From NCBI RefSeq assembly GCF_006345805.1, contig NC_043009.1, positions 23,684,001 through 23,748,000 of the forward strand: 64,000 bases of DNA, given 5' to 3'. Made by a program: the position numbers and the translations under genes. This DNA comes from Octopus sinensis (taxonomy: Eukaryota). Position 1 is the stretch's first letter; every line of letters starts with the position of its first letter. Shown piece by piece: positions 1 to 13,162 of the stretch. The notes under the pieces are model-generated. The model had not been told where the DNA came from. It saw only the letters and a program-made list of their open reading frames with translations, and made no database searches.

Positions 1-440
1 CACGCTTTCCGTACGTATACGGAAAGCTTGTGTTACGGAAAGCTTGTGTGTAAAATTATAGAATTATTTTGTTTGTTAATTGTTTGAACCATTTTCTATT
101 GCTTTCGGGGTTTTTTTACACGCGTAACAATTAAATCAATTTAAAAATTAAGAAAAAAAAAATTAGGGTTAGGATTAATTACAGGATGTTGTCTCAGTTT
201 TAGACGCAGCAAATGATTTTAGTTGAATGGAGGTAATCGATTGGTTAAAATTGCCGAAATGCTCGGATTTTCAGAAGAAATATCTTACAAACTATAGAAT
301 TTTCTCAATAAAGCCAAGAAAAAATGATGTTTTATAAACACATTCTACCAGTATACGAAGTTTAAAAGTGTTTAGTTAACTAGAAATTGTGTTGACATCT
401 GCCGTTCAAAAGGAAAAGATCCAAAAGATAATATAATACA

Positions 441-659
441 TACTCTCTACTCTTTTACTCTTTTACTTGTTTCAGTCATTTGATTGCGGCCAAGCTGGAG
501 CACCGCCTTTAGTCGAGCAAATCGACCCCGGGACTTATTCTTTGTAAGCCCAGTACTTATTCTATCGGTCTCTTTTGCCGAACCGCTAAGTGACGGGGAC
601 GTAAACACACCAGCATCGGTTGTCAAGCAATGCTAGGGGGACAAACACGCACACACACG

Positions 660-691
<32 letters not shown>

Positions 692-858
692 CATATATAC
701 GACGGGCTTCTTTCAGTTTCCGTCTACCAAATCCACTCACAAGTCTTTGGTCGGCCCGAGGCTATAGTAGAAGACACTTGCCCAAGATGCCACGCAGTGG
801 GACTGAACCCGGAACCATGTGGGTGGTTAGCAAGCTACTTACCACACAGCCACTCCTG
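441..858 (-). mobile_element. tRNA-derived SINE family A, full length
   Basis: Reverse complement reads CAGGAGTGGCTGTGTGGTAAGTAGCTTGCT..ACCACATGGTTCCGGGTTCAGTCCC (A/B-box-like head), then an internal (TA)n(TG)n tract, then the tail GGCGGTGCTCCAGC..CAAATGACTGAAACAAGTAAAAGAG. About 20 related copies occur in the window. Confidence 0.9.
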
Positions 859-899
859 TATATATATATATATATACACATACACAAAAATATTATGTG

Positions 900-1111
900 T
901 ATGTGTGTGTGTGCGTCCTTGTATTTATGGTTGCCCCACCACTACTTGACAACCAGTGTTAATGTGTTTGCGTCCTCACAACTTAGCGGTTCGGCAAACA
1001 GGTCCAATAAAAAAATACTAAGCTCGCAAAAAATATGAATAGATATATACATACAGTACACACGCAGACCTATATATATATATATATTATATATATATAT
1101 ATATCTATATA

Positions 1112-1144
<33 letters not shown>

Positions 1145-1250
1145 AGTACTGTAGTCGGTTCGTGGACTAAAATTCTTCAAGGTTGTGCCCCAGCATGACC
1201 GTAATCTTTGACTGAAACAAGTAAAAGATTAAACATGAAATATAAAAGAT
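900..1250 (+). mobile_element. SINE A 3' half, diverged, split by (TA)n
   Basis: cttgacaacc..cttagcggttcggcaaa..ccccagcatgacc..gactgaaacaagtaaaag. Confidence 0.7.
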
Positions 1251-1644
1251 TAAAGATACAAGAAATTCCTCTCATAAACTATATTGGTCAGAACGAGGCT
1301 ACAGCTAAAGACACTTTGCCAATTTACTATTCGGTGACATTCTGCCCTGAAACGCGTTGCTTCATTGTTGCGATGTCAACTTCTTAAGCAGATAGTTATA
1401 TTTCAGTCATTGTTTACGATGTTGGACGAAATCAATTTTTCTAATTCTTTTGAAAACTATAATGAGATCCCACCTCAACATAATAGCGTTATTTAGAGAC
1501 CATACTTCATTAAATATCAAATGCTTTTAGAAACACATGTGAAAGGAATTGTCACCTTATTGATTTCTACTTTGAAAGAAACGCTACAAGAACGTCAATT
1601 TAAGGGGCATCGTTTGTCTTCAGAGACAACGAACGAGCGAGTGA

Positions 1645-1654
1645 GCGAGAGAGA

Positions 1655-1702
<48 letters not shown>

Positions 1703-1755
1703 AGGAGAGAGAAAGAGAGAGAGAGATGATTTTAGTAGCTGATTTGTTATATGCA

Positions 1756-1815
<60 letters not shown>
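1645..1815. repeat. (GA)n followed by (TAA)n microsatellites
   Basis: Direct inspection. Confidence 0.95.
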
Positions 1816-2463
1816 GATAGTGATAATGATAATGGTGATAAAGAAAGCCATCGTTCGTAAAGAAGAATATTATCGGTTGTCAATGAGAAACCATTCGCAT
1901 GCAACAAGCTTACAAGACAGCAAAACCTTCTTGAACATAATCAATACAACCGAGAATGAATTACTAATGGAACTTATCGAGTAGAAGACAACGATTCAAT
2001 ATAAAAATAGACTTGGATATTGGAAGAACATTAAATGCGAACAAAGAAAGGGAAAAGAAAAGGAAAAACCTCTTTAAACGTACAGAAAAGCTACAAAATG
2101 AAGGACTCTGCATTTACACGGTTTTCTTTTTATTTCACAAGGTTTGTCTAGAATAAGGGTCGGGGAGCTTTTTAACCAAATACCCCAAATATATTTATTT
2201 ATGCCGACGTTACCCCCTTTGATTCGAAAGGAAGAAAACCATAGATAACAAGGAACACATTTTTGTTTTACATAACTTTGCTTATGTTTAATGATTCCTC
2301 ATTACCCCTCAACAATTTCATTTTTACCTCACTTGGGGCAATTTACTCCGGTTCGCCGACCCCTAGTCTAGAACAAGCTTCTTCTTTATGGTTCAGTCGG
2401 CTAGAAATAGAAACAAAATTTCCTTAGTTTTAGAAGAACGTATTAGATAACCACAAAGCCACA

Positions 2464-2757
2464 CTCGAGTGGCTTTGTGGTTAGGTCATTCGGCTCACCG
2501 TCGTAAGGTGGTGAGTTCGGTTCCTGGCGGCGTGTTGTATCGTTGAGCAATGCCCTTTATTTCACGTTACCCAGTCCACTTAGCTGGCAAAAATGAGTTC
2601 TATCTGTAACTCAAAGGGCCAGCCTTGTCACATTCTGTGTCACGCTGAGTCACCCTAGGAACTACGATATGGGCGCGCGTGTCTGTGGAGCTCTCAACCG
2701 TTTTCCTGTTTATTTTCACGAGCAGCCTAAGACTCGTCGTAACCGACGAAATGCCAG
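2464..2757 (+). mobile_element. tRNA-derived SINE family C (CORE-like body)
   Basis: Head gagtggctttgtggttagg..gagttcggttcc (A/B boxes), body ttgagcaa..tttatttcacgtt..cagtccact.agctggcaaaaatgagt, tail cgtcgtaaccgacg. Related minus-strand remnants at ~3780-3985, ~11620-11740, ~12395-12512 and ~39644-39720. Confidence 0.75.
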
Positions 2758-2810
2758 TATATATAATTATGTAATGGGATTATCACGACTGAAATGTTTT
2801 TCATTATATA

Positions 2811-3232
2811 GGCGCAGGAGTGGCTGTGTGGTAAGTAGCTTGCTTACCAACCACATGGTTCCGGGTTCAGTTCCACTGCGTGGTACCTTGGGCAAGTGAC
2901 TTCTACTATAGCCTCGAGCCGATCAAAGCCTTGTGAGTGGATTTGGTAGACGGAAACTGAAAGAAGCCTGTCGTATATATGTATATGTATATGTATATAT
3001 ATGTGTATGTGTGTATCTGTTTGTGTGCCTGTGTTTGTCCCCCCAACATCGATTGACAACCGATGCTGGTGTGTTTACGTCCCCGTAACTTAGCAGTTCG
3101 GCAAGAGAGACCGATAGAATAAGTACTAGGCTTACAAAGAATAAGTACCGGGGGTAGATTTGCTCGACTAAAGGCGGTGCTCCAGCATGGCCGCAGTCAA
3201 ATGACTGAAACAAGTAAAAGAGTAAAAAGAGT
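2811..3232 (+). mobile_element. SINE A, full length (empty at the targeted site)
   Basis: ggcgcaggagtggctgtgtggtaagtagcttgcttaccaaccacatgg ... atgactgaaacaagtaaaagag. Confidence 0.92.
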
Positions 3233-3460
3233 ATATGACTGATCATTCGCGGATGATTTGGAACTAAACAACAACATGGATATTGTAACAACCTCTAACA
3301 AATAACTATAATTAGGTTAAACTTTCGTGTGCTATGAACCAGAGGATTCGTACAACCTGATCTTAACCTGGTTTTGATAGAATATAGAATATAGTTTTGG
3401 CAGTGTATGAGCCATTTGAAGTAAAGTTTGTTATTTCTTGATGTCGATATATTGGCTTGG

Positions 3461-3668
3461 AATTTTGAAATAAGGCCAGCAATTTCGGGCGAGGGGGTAA
3501 GTTGATTACATCAACCCCAGTGCTCAGCTGGTATTTATTTTATCGACTCCGAAAGGATGAAAGGCAAAAATCGACCTCGGTGGAATTTGAACTCATAACA
3601 TAAAGACGGACGAAATGCTGCTCATCATTTTTCTCGGCATGTTAACGATTCTGCCAGCTCGCCGCCTT
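3461..3668 (-). mobile_element. SINE family B monomer
   Basis: Reverse complement GGCGGCGAGCTGGCAGAATCGTTA..GAGTTCAAATTCCACCGAGGTCGA..CCTTTCATCCTTTCGGAGTCGAT..GCTGGCCTT. Further monomers at ~4095-4265, ~42120-42330, ~49880-50040 and ~50160-50320. Confidence 0.8.
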
Positions 3669-4590
3669 CTTGATGTAGTCATTTGTTTCTAATTTAAAAC
3701 AAACATCAGAAAGTGATCGCATACTATTTAGTATTACTATGGTTACTTCACGTTACTCGGCAAGGAGCATAAGGTCAGTTTCCTGGTTTCAGTGGTGTAT
3801 ATGTTCCCCTCCCGCTGGATGGGATGCCAGTCTCTCGCAAGATTAATCATTTTTACCAGTTGACTCGAGCAACGAGAAATTAAATATTTTATTCAAGAAC
3901 ACAACGCATCACCCGGTCCAAGAATCGAAATCACCATCTTATAATCATGAGTCCAACACCCTAGCCACTAAGCCACGAGCCTCCATTTACTCTTACTATG
4001 GCGAAAGTGAACCTTTAGGAAACCATCCTCAAAGAGGTCCCTTTTTCCCTGTTGTCATTCTCATGCTTTCAACCAGAAGGGAATATAAGATTCGAATTTT
4101 GGCACAAGACCGGATAGTTCGGGCGATGGTGTAAGTCTATCACATCAAACCTAATGTTCAATTGGTACTTATTTCATTGATCTCAAAAGGATGAAAGGCA
4201 AAGTCAACCGCGGCAGAATTTTAATTCAGGCGGAGTGCTAACGATTCTGCCAGCTCGTCGCCTAATTGAAAATAAATATTGTCGAATCAGTGGCTTATCT
4301 GAACTTGAACGCAAAGAGTCTTGAACTATTCCATCTTCCTATATCCCTGTATTGACATCAGATGTAAAGGTTAAGTTCCTGTTACCAAACAATGTCGGTC
4401 TATTGACCTAAAACTTATATTTTTGTCCAAATAGACCAAGATTTGGTAATTGTTTATCAGAACTAACCATAGAATCAGTAATCAGGTTATCTTGAGAATC
4501 TTCATTATTACTACGAACAGGGTCTTTTGTCTTTCCATTTTCAATATATATATATATGAAAAATAGTGTACATTTATACATTTATATGTA

Positions 4591-4680
<90 letters not shown>

Positions 4681-5645
4681 ATATATGTATACGTATACAT
4701 ACATATGTATACAAATATGTGTGTATGTGTATTTATACATGTGCAAAGAAACTCGCCGAAAACACACGCATACACACACAAACACACACACATATTCATA
4801 GAGAGAATGCGAGAGAGACAGTAAGAGATAGTGAGAGAAAAGGAGAAGGAAGAGGTGGGAGAGAGAGAGAGAGAGAGAGAGATAGAGAGAGAGAGAGCAG
4901 GAATGGTAATGAGTTTATTTCTGTTGACATATGTAAACTATGGTTATTTATTATCCTCATATTGTATTTATGGGACATTTTCATATTGCCTTCTCCTTTG
5001 TTCTCTAATAACCAACATCAAATTGGAAAACTATAAAATGATAGAGATGGTGGTAATGATGGCGGTGATGATGATGGTGGTGGTGGAGGTGGAAGAGTTC
5101 TTAGTGATGATAATTGCTAATGTGGTAAACCGTTGTTTTTGCTGTTGTTATTCGTTAGCACTGGACATTATTTCCACTTAGTTCCGCTTGACCAAATTTA
5201 TGCTAATAACGTAATTAATTTAACGAAACAGAAATAACAGTATTTGAAACAATGGCTAATCCTACTCACTGGTGCGATACAGAGGGCTCGACCGATCATT
5301 AATTGATCAATCGAATGATCTTTTCTTGATGTAACAATTACTGATTAGTTCTATTGATGTTTCTCAATTAAAAGAAAATTTGCACCCCTATTTTCGTGAT
5401 ATCTTGACTAACCGACGGGATGTAGAAATAAAGACGAGAAACAACCATGACGCATGAAGCAACGGATTAGAACTCACGACCCATGAGCAGAGAGTTTAAT
5501 ATGATATCCCACCCGTTCGTCCATTTTGTATTCTTGAGCAAAACATACAGTTAGTTGGGTTTTGGTGCACCCCATTTTGTTGGTGATTCCTTGACCCTGT
5601 ATAAATTTCTGTTGTATATAATCTATATTTCTACACACAGATAAT

Positions 5646-5796
5646 GTGTGGTGGTAAAAAGTTTGCTTCCCAACCACATGGTTGCGGGTTCAGTCCCATC
5701 GTTTGGCAAATTGGGCAAGTGTCTTCTGCTATAGCCTCGGACCGACCAAAGCTTAACGGCTGAATTTGCTACATGGAAACTGAAAGAAACCCGCCG

Positions 5797-5834
<38 letters not shown>

Positions 5835-6084
5835 ATATACGGCGGGCGGGTATATATATATATATAAGTGCGTGTGTGTGTGTGTCTTTGTTTCTGTGTT
5901 TGTCCCTCACCACCGATTGACAACCGCTGTTGGTGTGTTTGCGACCCAGTAACGTAGCGGTTCGGTAAAAGAGAATGATAGAATAAGTATCAAGCTTAAA
6001 AAAAAGTACTGGGGTCGATTTATTTGACTAAACATTTTTCAAGGTAATGCTCCAGCAAGGACGCAGTCTAAAGATTGTAACAAA
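5646..6084 (+). mobile_element. SINE A, tail interrupted by a Helitron
   Basis: Head gtggtaaaaagtttgcttcccaaccacatgg; tail ...gtaacaaa | resumes taaaggataaaag at 6482. Confidence 0.8.
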
Positions 6085-6481
6085 TCTTTATATATAAAAG
6101 TGAAGTTGTGTGTCTGTCTCCTACGATTTAGATTCCTAACTACTCCCACATTTTGCGGTGCAGTTTAACCAAAAGCGGGTATCTTATAGTCGTGATTCAT
6201 ATCGAGCCCTTCTGGGTATTAGCGCGCGTCTACGATGAGTCTACGATTTAAAAAATAATTTACCATCATTTTTTTCCATTTAATGCATTTTTTCGCTATT
6301 ATATAAGGGAAGTAACTCTCTAAAAATGTCTACGATGAGTCAACGATTTAAAAAAAAATTTACCATAATTTTTTTTTCCATTTTTAATGCATTTTTTTGC
6401 TATTTTTTGGCTATAACTCTCTAAAAATGCTTTATAGTTATTTCCCTTACAAACCCGAGCAACGCCGGGCGATACTGCTAC
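6085..6481 (+). mobile_element. Non-autonomous Helitron
   Basis: 5' TC start (TCTTTATATATAAAAG). Subterminal hairpin CCCG-AGCAACGC-CGGG (6454-6469). 3' end CTAC, one base from the canonical CTAG. Inserted between A and T with no TSD. Internal ~100-bp tandem duplication (6229-6328 / 6329-6429). Confidence 0.75.
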
Positions 6482-6976
6482 TAAAGGATAAAAGACCAGC
6501 TGGGATAAAAATGTAATACCGAAGCGGACTGACAGGACTGGGTTTGAACTTGGTAATTAATCAACTCTGTTGACTACAGCTCAGGGAGTTACCATCTGTG
6601 CCACCCTCACAAAGCTCGGAACGAGTTTACAATAAATCTGTATTAAGATAATAGTTATACTAATGGTTTCCAAATATTGCACAAGGCCAGAAATTTTAGG
6701 GAGTGGAGTTCGTTGCGTGATTATATATTTGCACACTTTCGAAATAACTAAGGATTGAAGTTTCGCTTTCATATTATGTATTTGAGAAGATTAATAACGT
6801 TCGTTGATTAATTATCATGAGGCGTGTTCAGGCAACCATTTGAATGTAACAAATCAAATCTATGTAAGTTTCTCCTGCGTAGCTTTGTAAGAGAGCTTTC
6901 TCGAAATGTACGATAGAGCGTATCTATCTATAGATTTATTAATCAACACTATGAATTATGCTAACTGTAAACAATC

Positions 6977-7390
6977 GGCACAGGAGTGGCTGTGTGGTAA
7001 ATAGCTTGCTTACCAACCACATGGTTCCGGGTTCAGTCCCACTCAGTGGCACCTTGGGCAAGTGTCTTCTACTATAGCCTCGGGCTGACCAAAGCCTTGT
7101 AAGTGGATTTGGTAGACAGAAACTGAAAGAAGCCCATCGTATATATGTATATATATATATGTATGTGTGTATATGTTTGTGCGTCTGTGTTTGTCCCCCC
7201 CCCAACATCACTTGACAACCGATGCTGGTGTGTTTACGTCCCAGTAACTTAGCGGTTCGGCAAAGAGACCGATAGAAGAAGTACTTGGCTTACAAAGAAT
7301 AAGTCCCGGGGGTCGATTTGCTCGACTAAAGGCGGTGCTCCAGCATGGCTACAGTCAAATGACTGAAACAAGTAAAAGAGTAAAAGAGTA
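6977..7390 (+). mobile_element. SINE A, full length
   Basis: Complete head, microsatellite and tail. Confidence 0.92.
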
Positions 7391-7406
7391 AACCATCTGT
7401 ACAATA

Positions 7407-7620
7407 CATAGAAGTGGAGCTGAAAAGTTTCTGGCGTTAAGAGTATTACGAAAGGCCTGGTTGGTGGCCCAACTTTCAAGTTCTTTTACAGAGCTTAGAA
7501 AAACTGAAGGAGTACTGCGCTAAGTGCGTGAATCTGAGAGGGGAATATGTTCAATAAAATCATGACTGATCTTCCCGTATTTTCTTTTATTCAAAGCCAG
7601 GACTCTTTCTGTACCCCTCG
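7407..7620 (+). mobile_element. Mariner-derived MITE
   Basis: TA flanks. Degenerate TIRs (catagaagtggagctgaaaagtttctggc / gccaggactctttctgtacccctcg). Encodes the transposase C-terminal remnant KCVNLRGEYVQ*. Confidence 0.6.
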
Positions 7621-7864
7621 TATGTGCGAACAGAAAAGTTGGAAACATCTATATATCCGTTTCAACCCTTTTTGAAGTCTTCGTCAGCGGCCGTTAGCCA
7701 TATACAAACACATTCATTACTTATAAAATCGTTGCGTTACAAAATTTCATCAGCAGCAGATGTCATCGCTGCTGTAGACCAAGGGCAGGCCTTGTACGGC
7801 ACACACGAGCATGCAGAGATGGTTATTGAACAAGAATAGTCAACGTCGACCTACGACGAACAGC

Positions 7865-8027
7865 CGAAGAAGAAGAAGAGAAGAAGAAGAAGAAGAAAAG
7901 AAGAAGAAGAAGAAGAGAAGAAGAAGAAGAGAAGAAGAGAAGAAGAAGAAGAAGAAGAAGAAGAAGAAGAAGAAGAAGAAGAAGAAGAAGAAGAAGAAGA
8001 AGAGAAGCAGCAGCAGCAGCAGCAGCT
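7865..8027. repeat. (GAA)n + (GCA)n microsatellite
   Basis: Direct inspection. Confidence 0.95.
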
Positions 8028-8374
8028 CATAAGACTACAAATATTAATGCTTAAAGTAAATAACAGCGAGATCAATTTGCATATTTAGCACTGCATATTT
8101 AGCAGCGAGATTATAGATTAAATTGCTGAACTGTTAATAGTGTTTCGATCCGTTGTTATAATGTATTATAGAATAAACCGAGCTATTTTAGCCGACATTG
8201 TGTTGCTGAGAATAGGAAAATAGATTTTCTTGGAAAAATGATAATGAGGATGTTTCACCATTGATTAAAAAGGTCAAGTAATTAAGTGTTTATTTTAATC
8301 ACTCTAATGCATAGATTAAATAGATATTTACGTAACAAACCACAGACACACGTGATAATTACTTTCATATAAGC

Positions 8375-8422
<48 letters not shown>

Positions 8423-8593
8423 TATATAGATATATATATTATATATATATATATGGGTCCTATATACAAGACTATATATATATATATATAGTCTCGCCCA
8501 TATAAGGATTTATAGGATGAAACTCATACGATATTGTTTAGTTTTAGTTCTCTGTCTTACAAACATCAACAGTAACAATATCAAGCACAACAG

Positions 8594-8602
8594 ATGCTGC
8601 TG

Positions 8603-8646
<44 letters not shown>

Positions 8647-8677
8647 GCTGCTACTGCTGCTGCTACTGCTGCTGCTG

Positions 8678-8708
<31 letters not shown>

Positions 8709-8725
8709 ACTACTACTACTACTAC
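8594..8725. repeat. Compound (CTA)/(CTG) trinucleotide repeat
   Basis: Direct inspection. Confidence 0.95.
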
Positions 8726-8922
8726 ATGCTTGGAAGTATTGTTTCTTATCGGTGCTCGGATGTTTGGCCAGGGCCTCTAAAGAATGGCTTGATTCCTTAT
8801 ACGGAAACAATTTTCGGTTCTACTGATGGGGAAAAGCATAGGTGTAGAGTTATTTGTGACAGTCTTAGCTGTGTGTGTGTGGTAATGATGAAAATTGTAT
8901 TAAAATATATATTATGTAGGAT

Positions 8923-9265
8923 CAGGTACAGTTGTGTGGTTAAGAAACTAGCTTTGCGACCACATGGTTTCAGGTTCAGTCCCACTGCACGCAACACCTT
9001 GGGCTTCTACTATACGCCTGGACCGACCAATGCTTTGTGAGTGAATTTAGTAGACGGAAACTGTGTGGAAGCACTTGGTGTATATACATATGTGTGTGGT
9101 GTGTACGTGTGTGTACGTTTGTGTGCGTATGTGTGTCTGTGTGAATATTTGTGTGTGTGTGTGTCTGTGAATGTTTATGTGGGTCAGTGTTTGTCCCCCT
9201 TCCTGGACGCGTCACAATGTGTTGGTTTGTTTACGTCTCCGTAACTAGCGGTTTGGCAAAAGTGT
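8923..9265 (+). mobile_element. SINE A, diverged, 3' truncated
   Basis: gtgtggttaagaaactagctt..accacatggtttcaggttcagtcccactgc..gtaactagcggtttggcaaaa. Confidence 0.75.
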
Positions 9266-9305
9266 GCTAACGATTCTGCCAGCTCGCCGCCCGAATAACA
9301 ATAAC

Positions 9306-9360
<55 letters not shown>

Positions 9361-9745
9361 CTTTCTAGTATAGGCACAAGGCCTGGATTTTTGTGGGGAG
9401 GAGATAATTGATCACGTTGACCCAAGTACTTGACTGGTACTGAATTTATCGACTCCGAAAAGATGAAAGGCAAAGTCGACCTCGTCGGAATTTGAACTCA
9501 GAATGTAGCGACGGGAGAAATACCTATTTCTTTACTACCCACAAGGGGCTAAATACAGAAGGGACAAACAAGGACAGACAAACGGATTAAGTCGATTATA
9601 TCGACCCCAGTGCGTAACTGGTACTTATTTAATCGACCCCGAAAGGATGAAAGGCAAAGTCGACCTCGTCGGAATTTGGACTCAGAACTTAGCGACGGGA
9701 GAAATACGGCTAAGCATTTCGTCCAACGTGTTAAAGATCCTGACA
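9266..9745 (-). mobile_element. SINE B tandem (dimer-like) copies with (TAA)n
   Basis: Repeated gaaaggatgaaaggcaaagtcgacctcgtcggaatttgaactcagaa units (9454-9510, 9641-9697). Confidence 0.8.
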
Positions 9746-9763
9746 GCTCACAATAATAATAAT

Positions 9764-10035
9764 CACGAAAAGCAAAGTTGCTTGCTAATTAATCCATCAT
9801 GTCCGTTTGATTCCAGGATTGTAAAAAAAGAAGGCATAAAACAAAATAACTCCCTCCCCACAAAATACAATCCTTTAAAATTTGCAATTTCAAGAATTTG
9901 GAATATGGAAGATGTAAATTTCGTACCTATAATAATTGGTGCATTGGAAACTGTAAGCCAAAATACAGACAAATGGTTGAAGGAGATTAGAAAAGAATGT
10001 CCTGTAGAGCTTCCATCAGAAGGGTTCTAAGCACT
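9764..10035 (+). mobile_element. RLE-type (R4/Dong-like) LINE C-terminal fragment
   Basis: Translation CLLINPSCPFDSRIVKKE..YNPLKFAISRIWNMEDVNFVPIIIGAL matches the restriction-like endonuclease end of R4/Dong-type ORFs; preceded by (TAA)n. Confidence 0.7.
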
Positions 10036-11295
10036 TGTAAGACCAATGAAAGCAAGTGGATACCTAATGTTACGGATACTGACCCGCTACCCACATAAAT
10101 TCTACCAGGGATCAATAGTAATAAAAATAAAACTCAGAGGTTTTATGCTATTAAAAAACAGCCTTCGAAACTCCATTATCCGTCTTGAGAATGTATCTCA
10201 TGCAAACGTTAAAAAAACAGAAAAATATCAGCGCCAGGCTAAGTTCATCCAACTCTAGTCGTGAAATTGCTGGATTTAGGTTTCCTATTAACTGCAAGAA
10301 ATATCCATATCACGTCATGTCAAGCAAATATATTAGCGTGGATACCGTAGTTTAAAAGGCTCTGAATATTGTACGCAATATTGAGAGCTAGCAGAATCGT
10401 TCATGTTGATATTGTTAAAAGATTCAATGAAAGAGCTTTGGAGATCTATGTTAGAAACCGGCTCATTTTCTATTGGCAAGAAATCTTGAAATATAGGTGA
10501 ATATCACACATAGCTGCATAAGTATACAACCGAAATGTTATTGACCTGGGGAAGACTATTGACTAACGAAATGTGTTCATCCATATTTGTTTTTGTCCTA
10601 CTTTTAATTGTTGTGTGTGTGTGTGTGTGTACAAACACATACACACATTGCGACACACATTTGTCATAATGGCCCACAATTAGTTACTCGCGTATATACC
10701 GGAGTGGGATGGGTGTATATACTAAAATTTCACTGAACATACACAATACTCCAGTCACAAAGACCTCTCACCATGTTTTTTAACAACTCTATCCCGGGGC
10801 ATGGAAACCTTTCATTGACTTCATTCGTTTGAACTCATTTCTTTTTTATGATCCACACACATATCTTCCTTTCTTACTTTCCCTCCTCCCTCACTTCTTT
10901 CTTTCTTTCTTTCTTTCCTTCTTTCCTTCTTTCTTTCCTTTCCTTTCTTTTTTACTGAAGACATTGACCAGAAGATGTTCTGATTGGGCATTGACCTAAT
11001 CGATGTAATTAACAAGTCATAGTAGACTTGCAAAAATGCTAGTTACTCCAACCTTCTCCCCCTCCTCTCCTCCCTTTTTCGCTTTTGTCCACACCTTCTC
11101 TTCCTCTCCTTCCTCCTCCTCGTCCTCGACCTCGTCATCCTCCTCCTTCACATTCTTCCTCGTCTTTGTCCACCTTTTCTCCTTCTCTCCTTTTCTTCTC
11201 CTACTCTCTCCCTTTATCCCCTCTCCACCCCGTTCCTGTCGACGCCGCTACTGCTGACACCGATCAAACTGTCTTCGTCGTTCTTGTTCTTCGTC

Positions 11296-11330
<35 letters not shown>

Positions 11331-11736
11331 GTGACGGTGATGATGATGACTGCTACTGCTTATCAACTCCAGAAGAACGAAACGCAAAATTGAGCTTGGC
11401 GACATTTGAACTCCAAGTGCAGACAATCGGAACTACGACCTTGAGACATTCTGTCCGACGCTAAAAGGATCGCACCAATTCGCTCCAACTTTGCTCAAGA
11501 CTTACCAGCTGTGACCACCTCGTTTATTTTCCCCACCTCACCATAGATATTGTGTCTAGGGCAGCATTATACAATGTGTCTTTCCATTAATTCGGTTTGG
11601 CATGAGACCTAGGACTCACAAGGGCCGAATTGGTTCCTATGGCATGTAAGTGGCTGAGAGTACATGCCCACTTCCCAGCTGTTTGTTGGAACTTATTTAC
11701 AGCTGAGTGGACTGAAGAAACATGAAATGAAGTGTT

Positions 11737-12205
11737 TTTACCTCTTATCTTTAATTCTTTCACTCATTAGACTGCGGCCATGCTGGGGCACCGCCATGGC
11801 GAATTTGGTCGAACAAATTGACTCCAGCACTTGTTATTGTTACTTTTTTTTGAAAGCTTTGTACGTATTCTGTCCGTCTATTTTTGCCAAACCGCTAAGT
11901 TACGTGGATGTAAACAAACAAACACCGGTTGTCAAGCGGTGGTAAGGGACAATCACAGGCACAAAGAGACACGCACAATATACACACGTACACACAACAT
12001 AAACATACACACACATACATACACACACACATACACACACATACATACACATACATACATACATACATACATACATACATACATACATACACTGATATTT
12101 ATGACGGGCTTCTTTCAGTTTCTGTCTTTGGTTGACCCGGGGCTATAGTGGAAGACATTTACTTCAAGGTGTCATGCAGCGGGACTGAACCCGAAACCAT
12201 GTGGT
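11737..12205 (-). mobile_element. SINE A, 5' truncated, with expanded (CATA)n
   Basis: Tail gactgcggccatgctggggcaccgcc, body and partial head ..accatgtggtt. Confidence 0.8.
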
Positions 12206-12618
12206 TTCAGGAACTGAAACCAAGATCTTACGATCAATATCTTAACCAATAAGCTACATGAGCCCTGGAAACTCATAAGGCGGGAGCTTAATCCGATTTT
12301 CATAGCGAATAAATGACTAAGATTACGAAACTCTTCGCCTGAAATGGGACGCCGGTCCGTAACAGGGTTAATTACCCAGCTATGACTGGAACCCGTTTGC
12401 TGTTGAGTATGAAATGAAGTGCTCAAGAAAACAACACACTATCTAGTCTGGGAATCGAAACCACGATCTTGAGAATGTGAGTGCAACACCCTATCCACTA
12501 AGCTACGCGCTTTCACATTAAATAGGAAAATACGGTTGTCTATGATCTGTAGGGTTGCGATTTCTAGCATGTAGGCCGACTGCATAAAAGCTATTTCTCT
12601 GGCTAGCTGCATATAATA

Positions 12619-13162
12619 TTGAGTTGTCCGGAAAGTCGGTGCCGTTTTTGAAGGAAAGAAGAAAATTCAATAAATACTTGCCATTACATTTTTAATCAAC
12701 CAAATATGAACCATTTTGTTGCACAATGCGTCTCCATCTTTCCTTTAACTTGAAAATACCCTCTTCCTAGAATTTTGGTGGTTTCATGGCAAAGAATTCA
12801 TCAAGGTATCTTTTTACGTCATGCAGGGAATTGAAATTTTTACCATTAAGACTTTTCTGCAGAGACCTGATCTCCGAAGGAGCAATATCTGGTGGGGTAA
12901 CTCATTCCAGCCGAGCTGCAGCAATTTTTGTCTGGTTCCCAAAGCATCAAGTGCCGAAAATGAACTTTCTTATCTTCCATTTTAAAGGGTTACAGAATTA
13001 ACACAGATTATAGAAACATAAACCTTCTTCCACGAAAAGATAGCTTAAACTGTGCTCTAAATGCAGGTGTAATCAAGTCGTATTTTATGGAAGCAACCAT
13101 ATTGTAAAATAAGTCGAAAGGTAAGCTACTATAAATCGGCACGAACTTTCCGGACAACCCAA
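12619..13162 (-). mobile_element. Internally deleted mariner (544 bp)
   Basis: TA TSDs at 12617-18 and 13163-64. TIRs TTG(A/G)GTTGTCCGGAAAGT..GTGCCG. Minus strand encodes GKNFNSLHDVKRYLDEFFAMKP..EEGIFKLKERWRRIVQQNGSYLVD*, a mariner transposase C-terminus. Confidence 0.88.

Noticed and set aside
1-420. 10-bp hairpin GCTTTCCGTA/TACGGAAAGC and TTAGGGTTAGG at the window start
   Set aside because: Truncated by the window edge; a single telomere-like unit is not an array, and no class-defining ends are visible.
620-949. Recurrent 'protein family' ORFs (MSIDVGGTNT..CPRCHAVGLNPEPCGW; RRASFSFRLPNPLTRLWS) at many loci
   Set aside because: They are translations of non-coding SINE A copies; stops and frames vary among copies.
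7636-7700. Minus-strand CTGACGA..GAAAC..GTT hammerhead-like motif
   Set aside because: Stem I does not pair and stem III is only 2-3 bp.
12190-12260. SINE A broken near the site targeted by the ORF1-only element
   Set aside because: No target duplication and no element 3' end; the adjoining sequence is another tRNA-like head.
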